Assembly: GCA_040954595.2 (NCBI GenBank)
Contig: CM082582.2
Span: 8,795,483-8,859,482, forward strand
DNA length: 64,000 nucleotides
Source of the DNA: Balanoglossus misakiensis
Lineage: Eukaryota > Animalia > Hemichordata
Reading direction: 5' to 3'
Position 1 is the first letter of the stretch. Every line of letters begins with the position of its first letter. Shown in pieces: positions 53,024-64,000 of the stretch. The translations under genes and the position numbers were made by a program. The notes beneath the pieces were generated by a model. That model was not told the origin of the DNA and did no database searches. It worked only from the letters and a program-made list of their open reading frames with translations.

Positions 53024-54699
53024 GGACCGACCTGTACTACAAAGGGCCATGTTATCGAAAGGCCATATTTTCAAAGAAGATTTTTTACTATAAAGGACTT
53101 TAAATAAGGGAAAGCCCCTAAGGGTAATTTCGTCAGATACCTTATCAAGATTTCAGTGAAGGAAATTGTGGGGTGTAAGGTGACAGTTTTGTCTTGAAAT
53201 TACTTAGTGATGTAAATACACACAAGACATAACGTCCCATAAAACTGTTCACATTTCTATATTATTAATGGGTATTTAACATGTCAGATAACAGAGAGGC
53301 GATAAAATTATGCATTTTTGCCATAGTGACACTATATATTGTTCATTATATATTTTAATGATGTCTATCGAACATGGATTCGTCAACTTCACTCATCAAA
53401 TACCCGGATGCAGATCATGTTGTTATCTTTAAATACGTGTGTATGTATTTTACAGACGGATATTCTCAAAGGTGTATTTAGCAACTGCAGAGTAAAAAAA
53501 AAATAGATGGATTATACAGTTTTCCTAAGCTTGAGCTTGCCAAAATATACTGTGTTTGTGAGTTTACATTTTATTTACTCAGTCAGTTTTATCCTGTGAT
53601 TTAAGTTAAAGACAGCGTCGCATAGTTTCTTCGGTGATATTAAATCTTCAGCTAAGCCTAGTACCCGGAATCCGAGGTGAGGCACGGTTGCGTTGCATTG
53701 TGGGACGACGTCGTTGCTAGGGACATTCTGACAACAACATACCCGGATACTAGGAGTTTAAGCGCCTGGAATTTATACAGGTAGCAAAGAAGATAATATA
53801 CCCGAACAGGTCACAATCACAAATGCGTTGTGGTCATTTGCCACTGGTTGCTTTAAGTTGCGTAGCGCAGCCACCAGGTATAGTGTAGTGGGCCGGACAT
53901 TTGCCCTGTATGACCCATTTTATCAAGGTCGTCTACGTACGGCTATTTATATCCCGAAGTCTGTCGAGTGGTAACACAGTCTCTCGACTTCTCTTTCAAC
54001 ACCAAAGACGTGAGTATCATTGGTGTCTTTGCACTCACACATACTAGTTTATCCATTACACATTAATTGTTATGGCGACTTTTTTGAATCAAGATGCTCA
54101 ACTCTCAACTCTTATATACAATCCTTTTCGCAAATTGGTCTCCTTGTGTTCCAGTATCGTCATCCAGCACCGTGCAACCACATTGTAATTTTTGCCTACA
54201 GTGTTGTATTAAAATGTAGACAAACGTCGATTTCCTTGTGTTCCTTACGGGGCTAAATTCAGGGCTGGTGGCAAATAAAGTTAGCAGCCCGTGTTGCGAT
54301 GAAAAGAGACACGAAACATTTCCATAACTACAACGTTCGAGTGATTGTTGAGGGCATGCTCAAGATGCTCGGCGACCCTTGAAATCAAACAATCCACCAT
54401 TCTTGGTAAACAAAACAAGAGTCTCATAAGTCACTTATACAATATGCACAATGAGTGCCTCATTTGACCTTTGGATGTCATGTCATGTCTAGGCTGTTCC
54501 ATTCTTTTCTGGTGACTGTGTCTATATGTTCCAACCGTCAGCAAAGTAGGTACAGCAACAGCAATGATGAACAATGCTTGAGTTATTTAAGAAGGGGACT
54601 GTCTTCATGAAATACTAATTTCCCCTGATAATTATACGAAGGCGAGTCCTGGTCGTCACTTCACATTTTGCAATTCTCTTTTAGGTGAAAATCGTCGAT

Positions 54700-56367
54700 A
54701 TGGACAAATCTTCGAAACTCAGAAATAGTTACATACACGCTGCGTCAACATCTCCTCTGACGGGGAAAACGTTGTGCGATATATTGGAAGAAGCGGCGGA
54801 AAAGTTCCCTGAAAGAGACGCGTTCGTCTTCGTGAATTCCACTGTGACAAAACAACGGGTCACCTTCAAGAAACTGCACCGGGACGCCATCAGCCTGGCT
54901 GCTGGCTTGGTTCACTTGGGTCTGAAGCCGGGGCAACGAGTTGGTATATGGGCCAAGAATTGCTACGAGTGGATCACTTGTCTGTATGCGATGGCCTTTG
55001 CAAAATTGGTCTGTGTACGTATACCCGTTGGCTACACGGCTGATTACTTACACTACCTCGTGAATAAAACTAAAGTCGCTGCCATAATCACCGCGCCCGG
55101 TGATCAAGAAAGAATTTTGCTGGACGTCGCGCCGGAGATATTCAACACGACCAATGAGCAAAATACAACGAGACGATTGCCGTCTCTCCAGACAGTGATT
55201 CTCTTTGACAGCGAAGACAAACCAGGGATGCTTCGCTACGCCGATGTGATGACCGTTGGCGATGACGGGGACTTCGAGCAAGTTGCAAAATTGCGGAATT
55301 CCGTACAACCGGGCGACGAAATGATGATTCTCTTCACATCTGGCAGCACGGGCCTGCCGAAAGCCGTCGTTAGATCTCACAGGTGTTCGGCGGAGAGCGC
55401 CCACACCGTCGGCCGGCACCTGTCAGAGATAATCCGGACGGAAACATGTTTGTTGTCCACGTGTGTTTTCCCTCATGCAGCCGGGGAGCTGTCCACAGTC
55501 ATGGGCGTCAGCCACGGCTTCACGGTCTTTGTGCCAGACGCCAGTATTGGCACAGAGGCGATGGCAAATTTGATCCGGGAAGAACGCGTCACAGTTGCTG
55601 TGCTCATGTTCACGTTTCTCCTGGATGTCCTCAATTGCCCCCGGTTGCACGAGCTCGACTTCAGCTCCATCAGGTACTTCATAACCTCCGGAAACATGCT
55701 CCCGGTCGATATCTTGCAAAAGGCCAGGAGCTCGATCAACCCGAACATATACGACAGTTTAGGATCATCAGAAACGGCTACAACGACACTCAATGACAAT
55801 CCGGAGAAGTATGGCCAAGTCGGTTATCCTGTAGACCACACCGAGCTGAAATTAATCGACGATGAGGGCCACGCTGTACCAATCGGCAGCATAGGTGAAC
55901 TGTGCGTGAGGTCGCCCTACACCATGTTACGGTACGAGGATGACGAAGAACAGACCAAGGCAGTTTTGAACCAATCTGGCTGGTTCCACACTGGTGACCT
56001 CTGTCAAATGGACGAGGATGGTTGCTTGGCAATAAAGGGGCGAAAGAAGGATGTCGTCATCAAGGGAACGTTAAACATTTACCCCATGGAAATCGATCGA
56101 GTTCTCATCAGGCATCCGAAAGTTAAACTATCGCAGACGATCGGTGTTCCCGATGAGCTATTCGTGGAAGAAATCTGTTCTTGTGTCTGTCTGAAGGACG
56201 GCGAAGGAGCAACAGCGGACGAAATAGTGCAGTTTGCAAACCGTCTTTTGCCAGAATTATGTGTGCCGAAATATGTTCTGTTCTTCGACTCGTTCCCCGC
56301 AAGCCCAACAGGAAAGCTGATGCGGAAAGAGCTTGAATCCAAAGCGAAGGAGATTCTTGGTGTGTAG
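54700..56367 (+). CDS. Acyl-CoA synthetase / AMP-binding (ANL superfamily) enzyme, ACSF2-like, single coding exon
   Basis: Motifs ILFTSGSTGLPKAV (P-loop), GELCVR, GWFHTGDL, GRKKDVVI, NIYPMEID and terminal TGKLMRKEL. First ATG at 54700, just after a splice acceptor ending at 54684. Probable non-coding first exon ending at donor GTGAGT (54010), with TATTTATA near 53944. Confidence 0.92.
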   Translation: MDKSSKLRNSYIHAASTSPLTGKTLCDILEEAAEKFPERDAFVFVNSTVTKQRVTFKKLHRDAISLAAGLVHLGLKPGQRVGIWAKNCYEWITCLYAMAFAKLVCVRIPVGYTADYLHYLVNKTKVAAIITAPGDQERILLDVAPEIFNTTNEQNTTRRLPSLQTVILFDSEDKPGMLRYADVMTVGDDGDFEQVAKLRNSVQPGDEMMILFTSGSTGLPKAVVRSHRCSAESAHTVGRHLSEIIRTETCLLSTCVFPHAAGELSTVMGVSHGFTVFVPDASIGTEAMANLIREERVTVAVLMFTFLLDVLNCPRLHELDFSSIRYFITSGNMLPVDILQKARSSINPNIYDSLGSSETATTTLNDNPEKYGQVGYPVDHTELKLIDDEGHAVPIGSIGELCVRSPYTMLRYEDDEEQTKAVLNQSGWFHTGDLCQMDEDGCLAIKGRKKDVVIKGTLNIYPMEIDRVLIRHPKVKLSQTIGVPDELFVEEICSCVCLKDGEGATADEIVQFANRLLPELCVPKYVLFFDSFPASPTGKLMRKELESKAKEILGV

Positions 56368-57810
56368 GGGTCACGTGTAGAACACAATACGTGACTTGTG
56401 TGGATGACTCATATCTATGTACATGTATAATTCTGTCAGAGTGCAAAATTAATAAATTGCAATATCAAGAAGCCATGATGGTTCATTTATCCGACACATG
56501 CCGTGAGAGGGCGGTTATCTTAATAACCCGTTGGCTAAAACCAACTCTATCGTCCCATTCCTCTCATTATCATATCAGCCCCGAAAATGTGTTTGGCGAG
56601 AGCGCCCTCTAATTTTTGCAAAAGCGCTGCTTTACCTGTTGCTCAGTGCTGCGCGACTGGGTGTTGGGGACGCAAGCCGAGCCTAGAGAATAGGTCGACA
56701 GTCACGACCTCATTACGGCAAAAGTTTCTCCTCTCCGTGGAGCGGAGGGGTCAACAGTCGCTTGCAGTGCAAAGTTCATGACCAATATATCTACTCTGCT
56801 CTTAGAAGTACATTTTCAACTCATCAGTTGGACCACGGACACATGACTGCCTATGACAGGACTGAGGGGCATAGTTTGAATCGAGGTTAATGTTTCACCA
56901 AATGCGGGCTCCATCACACAGATAACAGACGAGTGGAGATATTAAAAATAGCAAGCGAAGCGATTCAACCAGCCGCGATAAAAATAACTTCCGAGTCGTT
57001 TACGCACTACGTGTTCGGAATTTCGGTGTTTGTAGTGTGATGTCATGTTATGTAATGTTATGTGAAGTGGTGTGGTGTGGTGTGAGAGACTTGACAATAC
57101 TTGAAGCGGTGCGATAATATGTGATGAACTTCGCGTGTTGTGTTTACTGGTATCCAGGTCAGAAATATAAACACCTGTTCGCTTTATCATTCCGTGGTAT
57201 GACACTGGAAGGTACACAATTTAACAAGGGCGAAACACGAAATACGAATTTTCGAGGATTTGTCTAAATGCGTGTGTTTCTGTGGCAGGTGTGCGAACCA
57301 CACTGAACCTGCCACTGCAATTTAATGGTACATATATCCGACACACTCCGCGTGCGCTCGCGATATTTGGTGTACAATTATCCATGGCGAGACAAAAAGT
57401 ACACAGTGCGACCCAGTGAGAATCCAACATAAAACACGTGACTGTGCGATACCGGTAACAATACATGTACACAGACCCTCCAAAAAAGGTCGTTTTCAAC
57501 TCGTCCGAGAGCACAGTACGCTAAAACGTCACACGCGTTGTACTCCATACGTTCATGTACACGAAATTGTGAAGGAGACAATCCTCTTCATGGCCGTGGA
57601 GATCACTATGGTTACATACTGACCTTGGCATCGCCGTTGTCTCTGTTTATACGACAGCGGACTCACCGAAACTGAGAAGCCGCTAGCCGCGCCCAGTTGA
57701 CGACCAGCAGGCGCGTACGCGTGTGCGCGTGTGATTGAAGCGGAACCAGAAACAGACGCTACAGGTCTAGGCGCGGTAGATAGCTTGTGGGCTCGGCCCG
57801 TACCATCACC

Positions 57811-60711
57811 ATGGCAGGACTTGAACCACATGCTCTCAAACCCGTCTGTTACTGTGTCATCATCCTTTCGGCAGTTTTGCATCTTTCGATCGCAGACTGT
57901 AAGTATACACCAGTCCTACAACTCTCTACCCTCGCAGGCTACATTTTATCACCCCAGCGCAATCAAACGCAAATATGGCTTGATGGTGTGTTTTTTTACA
58001 ACAGCGTTTATCCGCACCATATTCCCGTTCCATGCAGGTGTTTTAACGCAAGCAAGGTCACGGCTATAATTGTCATGATTATTTTTCTGCATGGGTAAAC
58101 ATAACGGTCGAGGTAATTACTAAAGATAATTGGCTCTAATCCACGCGGTTCTGTGGCAATTTTGAATGATTCTTCTTCAACGCCGAAAGTTTGAACCATT
58201 GGAGGGCGACCCGGATTTTTCTTGTCTTGTTCTCGTCACAAGTTTTGCGTTATTTGGTGACTATGTGCGTTGTGTCCACTTAAAGGTGACATTTAATTAT
58301 AAAGGCCGTTACTCTTACTATTTCGAATGGTTTCATGTCATTACCATTCAATTCGTTCTGGGACACAAATATTACAACAGAGGCATGTGCTTTTCAAAGT
58401 ATTACGCGCACATGAACGGCGGGATGTGTACTTTCGTCTATACCAATGTCGCGTGGGCGGTTGGATGGAGAAATGCCTCGCGTTCAATATAATGGCAGCG
58501 TGTACCCGAATGTGCGAAAACTTCCCGATAAAAGTGTATTGGTCTGGAAAGAGTTTCGTTCGGCAATAACTGGGCGTGGCATTTATGCATTTATGCGTTT
58601 CAAGAGCCTGTAACTGAATTAGCCAATATATCACGAAATTAAACGTGGATGTCACTCGACACCTCCCACAGAACCGTACCGTGCCACGCACATAATTTTT
58701 TTTCTTCAGATTTCGCTTTCACTTTGAACTAAAGACAGGACTAAACTGGTCGCCTACACTTTCCGCTTTACCAAAATGTCAAAATCCAGAAGAACTGTCA
58801 GGCTCATTGTCAAATACACGGGCAACTGCAATGGCTTCACCTGGGGGTCGTGGCCGCTCTTAGATTTGAAGATATTTATTGCAGTTTTCAAAATCACTCT
58901 CAATACCATGCCGTTAAGTATATCCGGTTCGTTTTCGGCCATAATACCCGGATGCACGGGATTGATCTCCACATGCGGACAGCGAACGAAGTATGCGGTT
59001 CGCCTTGTCGGATATAAAGTGCTCGATACCGAAGTCGGCATACAACAGAATATAAAATAAGGCTAGTTGGAGAAACGATTACTACAAGTTTATATGTCCA
59101 CTGTACCGACACACTCGATGATTTATCACCCGCTTTATTAAATTACTTGTGCATACATTTGCTTGGGCGTTCCCCGCTGCGGCAGAAAAGCCAAACCCAG
59201 AAAAAAAGTAAAGGCGTCCCTTCATCCGATTTCACTGAATCAGATTTTATCCGTTTTGTTTTTCTCAGACTACATGTCGTCGTTGTGCGGCGAGACGGTT
59301 GACGTAGACGGCAGTCGTCTTGTGTCGCAGTTGTCACATCGTTATGACAACGGATTGGACTGCGTGTTGACGCTTGAGACAACGGGGAAGAACCAGCAGA
59401 TAGTGTTGCATGTAGGTTGACATGTGTACTTCAGGCAGAAAACCAGGGAATTTATAGTACATGTAGTGCGACAGCTTGTTCCTCTTCAAACCGAGTTCTC
59501 AATCCCGCGGACGTAGCCCTGAGACGTGTGGATTGGGCCCCGTCTGCCCATCCATGTATCTGCCGTCCGTCCGTCCAGCTTCATTCCTCAGACATTTCTG
59601 GACTGATCGCAATCAAAGTTAGCAGATGAGCCCGTCAGAATCTCTGTGAAGCGATCCTAAATTTCCCTGTTGTTAGATTTTTGTTCAGTCACACGGCGAC
59701 TGTGTCATTTTCAAATACTTTTTTCTAGTATTATATTATTCAGCACACACCTGGGACCTGCTCAGTGTGACGCAGTGTCATTCCTGAAGTGACAACAAAC
59801 TATAATCTATAATGTGGCATAAAATAGTATCGTTGTCACTCAACAAAACCTTAATTACGCATACCATGAGGTCAGCCTCAGTGAGAAGAGAATTTGCTCT
59901 GACACCGTCTTTTTTCATCAGGTTTGACTTCTTTTAAACTTTATCGTTGTTTTCATGCTGTTTTTTTTTTACTTTCAGTTTGACTGGCTCGACCTGGAAA
60001 CGTACCGTGATGGCTGCCCTGACTATCTGGAAGTTTATGACGGTGACGTCATGCCGTCGAATCTGATGAAAAGGTTCTGTGGAACTTTAGTACCGGGTGA
60101 CGTCATTTCTAGATCCGGCACCCTTGGGTTGCGTTTAGTCAGCGACAGCACGAAAACTTGGCGGGGATTCAGCCTCGTTCCCACCCCATATTACGATGGT
60201 GAGTTTCATACGATTTGTTTGAAAGAGATGTTGTGTCGGCCAAGTGTTTCCGCAATATGGAGCCATACCAGGTTCACACTGGGTAAAATTTGTCTGAAGG
60301 TGTGAAATTTGGCCAAAATCGCATGCATGTGTATGTATATTTTAGCATCATGTTAAATTGGTGTCTGTCATAGAATGTATAACTCCCAAAATGTTGCTTC
60401 ACACTATGTGACATCACATGACGTTGTCATACTTCGTATTTGCAGGAGACTCGTATTCATGCAACGACACAGACACTTTTCTGTGCGATAACAAGCGCTG
60501 TTTAAATGCGTCACTTCACTGCAACGGAATTGATAACTGCGGTGATCTCTCGGACGAGTGGTTTTGCATAGGTATGTGCCCTATTATACACACAAGCCAT
60601 CGGTATAATACACCAGCTTATTGCAATTTTCAAAGAAAGACACGCCTCTTATCTGGTCCGAATTTTCAAGTGACGTAGCTGTCACAGAGTGATGGCGATG
60701 GTGGTGGTGGT

Positions 60712-60798
<87 letters not shown>

Positions 60799-61193
60799 CG
60801 GCGGATGCGGCGGCGGTGGTGGTATAAATATAGGTTTTCAGTTGATGACAATGATGACAACTGTTGTATACAAGTACTCTGTAATTTTCATATTCCATAT
60901 ACTCTCTAGACTACCTTATCAAATGGAGCGAGCTCCAAATCAAGTTATTTGCGGTTGGGACGCTGGTAGCTGCATCCCTGCTCTGCCTAGCCGTGTGCTG
61001 GGTTTACTACAGATTTCAACGCTGGTACAATCGGCGGTCGGCGTTGAGCGTGGAATGCGTTGCCGGCGAGTTACAGCTCCAGAAGAGGCGGCGAAACTTC
61101 GACAGGCTCCATTACGTGCCGTATTCCTCCCTTTACGTAACCAAGACAACGGCGGATCCCAACGCGGAGAACTGCAGCAGACACACAATCTGA
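57811..61193 (+). CDS. CUB-LDLa-TM protein, paralog 9
   Basis: Exons 57811-57898 (signal), 59269-59411 and 59979-60198 (CUB with the same phase-0 intron as paralog 8), 60446-60571 (6-Cys LDLa), 60910-61193 ([24 protein letters not shown] plus tail). Confidence 0.86.
60713..60796. repeat. (GAT)28 microsatellite, intronic
   Basis: Directly visible; lies in intron 60572-60909 of paralog 9. Confidence 0.97.
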
Positions 61194-62672
61194 ATCCACT
61201 CCCAGACGAAGGCTTTGAGAATTTGTCGGTCGTTGGGGAAATTTGTCATGGCACTGTCATGATGAGTGTTATTCGGCATGTATGGACATACCCAAAACAA
61301 TATACTTGACGTGACAGCCATGTCTGAGCTGGAGCCAAATTTGGCAGTACTCACACAGATGCTAAGCCTTTTTTATTGCAATTTGCTGAAAGGTCAGTGA
61401 CCTCAACAGCCTATGCTCCGCAGTGAAAAGAAATAGGAGAAGGGGGTACAATAAAATATGGGCCTTTAGAAGGTAGAAGTGGTTAGCGTGACATGCTGGT
61501 ACCGGACGATTTTGAGCCTACTGCAGGGCCCGGATTGCATGGTAAACAAAACGACGTGTGAAAAAATATCACGACTCTGATAAGCTTTTACTGTAGGTAG
61601 TTCGCGTCTCATTGTGAAAACAATTTTCTAATGGGATCAACTTTCATCAACTGTTCATCCCTTTGCCGGTCTGTTACCGGACATCTTGTCGTGATGGAAC
61701 GTCGATCGCCTCTGCTGATGATTATATCTAGCAGGGGATCCTGAACACATATCAAAATAAAGCTAGCCACTTGTAGATTTCAATTTGTAATCTACCCCTC
61801 CCCCCAATGAAAAGTTGTAAACGCTATCATGTAACAACTCCGGGAGGTCCAGTGGGTATACGATTTCTCAGCACAAATTACAGTATTACTGTTGTTCTAA
61901 AAATCAACGATATCATATGCTTCTACTGTTGATTCTCTGTTGGTCTGTTTTTTTTTTGTTTTTTTTTGCGCACTTATGGATATGTCTCCATCATTAGTAA
62001 ATTTTCCAGGATTCGAGATAGATGTTTGTTTTGTGACAGCATAGATAGGCTGACGAACACAGAATTCCAGTCATCGCACCGCGTATATCGAATTTTCCTA
62101 AAATGTATTAAACAGGTGATTTCTATTATTTTACATATCAAACATATCAGGATGCATTTACAATGACATAAATGATGCTTAAAGATACTTGTAATAAAAT
62201 GGATTTTGAAGGACTTTTGCTTCAAGTCTTTTATGTGTCTGTGTGACTGTTTGTGACTGGGAACTGATGTAAACTCTCGAGTCTCAAGACAAAGAAATGA
62301 CGCTTGCGAATGTAAAACACGACAAAATAGACAATATAGGCCTGAATTCTCGAGTTCTGCATGCTTGATGTTTATAATAGTTTTGTCCCTGTGTGATGCG
62401 TGGCCGGGATATTATCATCGTTAACATTATTCTTCGAAACGAGGTACGTGTATCTTCATCCGAGCAAATTTATTTTGGGTTAATGAATTATAGTGACGGG
62501 TTGAGAGACATGGCAGAGACGTAGTTCGGCGATAAGAACTCATGAGGTAACAACATCGACAAATAAAAAAAACCCGGACCCTATACACCGGTTACGTAAG
62601 TCGATATACATATAGTTGATATCGCCATGACATCGTTACATTCGGTGAGTTTCAACACTTCATGATACAATC

Positions 62673-64000
62673 ATGGCGACCAGCACCTTGCTCAAAATCA
62701 CCAAGCGTCGAGTTACACTTTGCAGCGTCGTTCTTTGGGGATTTTGCCTCGAAATGACATCAAGCGCAGGTCAGTATGTTGCAACAAGTTTGTGGTGGTC
62801 ATGGTAATTACCCGAGGAACAATTGTACCACGGTAATACTAGTACTTCGGGGAGGGCATAAGCCCAAGACACAAGTCGCATTTTAGTGTTTTGCAAAGCA
62901 ATGGCGTAAATGACCCGTGGCTTCATCAACCTAGGTCTATGTTCAGCGATCCATGATACATTCAACACCACAAATGCAAAAAGCTCGACTTACTATCTCC
63001 GTCATCTCCTTTTTCCTTTTCAATGAGATATCGATGTTCGGATGATGAAACGAGTAGGCCTATACATTTCTCGATGAAAACAAATTGAAGATTTTTCTTC
63101 TGAAGCGGTTCAGTCAGGGTTTTTTTTTTTAAATCTCCTCTTGACACTTTTTACTGTACAAGGAATAAACATGCTTTGAAATTTAAAATGCGGTTCTTTA
63201 TAATATAGAAAAATATCCCCTGTATTCTTGAATATACTGGAGAGTGAATGAGATTGCCATTGGCCTAATTTAGCCTCGGAATTCTGTCAAAACGATGCTT
63301 GAGTGACGGTCACAACGAGGACTGTGGTTGTTTTGCCAAAAAATGGGCAAGGAAAACGCATGCATGCATGACCAACGCGACAAACACTTGCCCAACGGTA
63401 CAAGGGAATAATTCACCTGCATTCACATCTCATCATTTACCGATCTTTTTTTCTTAAATTTCAGTGTTTATGTCACAGCACTGTGATGACGTCATCACGT
63501 CGGTTGGCGACCAAGTGTACTCGCAAGAGCCACTCTTTTATTCAAATAACATAGATTGTACTCTGACGTTCTGGGCCACAGAACCATGGCAACACATCCA
63601 CCTTAAAGTATGTATGTATAACGTTTGTATGTATGTATGTATGTATATCATCCACTTGATAAGATATCCCAGGATACTATGATTCCCTTTCGTTCCAAAA
63701 AAATAAATGGAGGGGACACCCGGGTTCGAACCAGGGACCTCTCGATCTGCAGTCGAATGCTCTACCACTGAGCTATATCCCCGTTGTATCTGTGGATGAA
63801 ACATCATATTTTTATCGAAAAAAAACGCGAGGTATGTACGTACGGACAAATAAATAATCTTGTTCTTCTATTTTTAGTTTGTAAGTATCGATTTTGACTA
63901 CAGCTACGAATCTAAAGGATGCAGAGACTACGTGCAGGTGTTCGACGGCGGGTCTGTACACAGCCGGTTGGTCAGTGAATTGTGCGGCCGTCAGCTGGAA
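62673..64000 (+). CDS. CUB-domain protein, paralog 10 (5' part, truncated by the window end)
   Basis: Exons 62673-62769 (signal MATSTLLKITKRRVTLCSVVLWGFCL), 63465-63607 and 63878->64000 (CUB: GCRDYVQVFDG..ELCG), with the same phase-0 intron as paralogs 8 and 9. LDLa and TM are not visible. Confidence 0.82.
63711..63782 (-). tRNA. trnC-GCA: tRNA-Cys (GCA), intronic and antisense in paralog 10
   Basis: Identical to the 13164 and 38643 copies; lies inside intron 63608-63877. Confidence 0.96.

Noticed and set aside
58754-59112. Overlapping 70-95-aa ORFs in the first intron of paralog 9
   Set aside because: No recognisable domain or consistent splice structure.
60584-61309. Poly-Asp, poly-His and poly-Ile ORFs
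   Set aside because: Translations of an intronic (GAT)n repeat; the real exon at 60910 uses another frame.

Overview
Eukaryotic (metazoan, probably marine invertebrate) genomic DNA with spliceosomal introns, so the ORF track mostly shows exon fragments. Positions 1-8181 are an 87-bp AT-rich satellite array. Positions 8.2-12.6 kb are a mosaic containing a ~130-bp minisatellite and decayed, duplicated minus-strand exon-like sequence. A small tRNA cluster (2 Cys-GCA, 1 Leu-TAA, 1 Cys fragment) lies at 13.1-14.5 kb. From 15.3 kb to the window end is a tandem array of at least ten divergent paralogs, assembled by hand from splice sites. Nine are complete and encode signal peptide - single CUB - single LDLa - TM - variable (often Cys-rich) tail; the tenth is truncated by the window edge. 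Embedded in the array are a solitary replication-dependent histone H3 gene bracketed by ~115-bp inverted repeats, two antisense intronic tRNA-Cys cassettes, an acyl-CoA synthetase with an intronless CDS, microsatellites, and several tiny palindromes with 7-bp target duplications that resemble P-superfamily excision footprints. All gene models are manual and unverified by transcripts or database searches.
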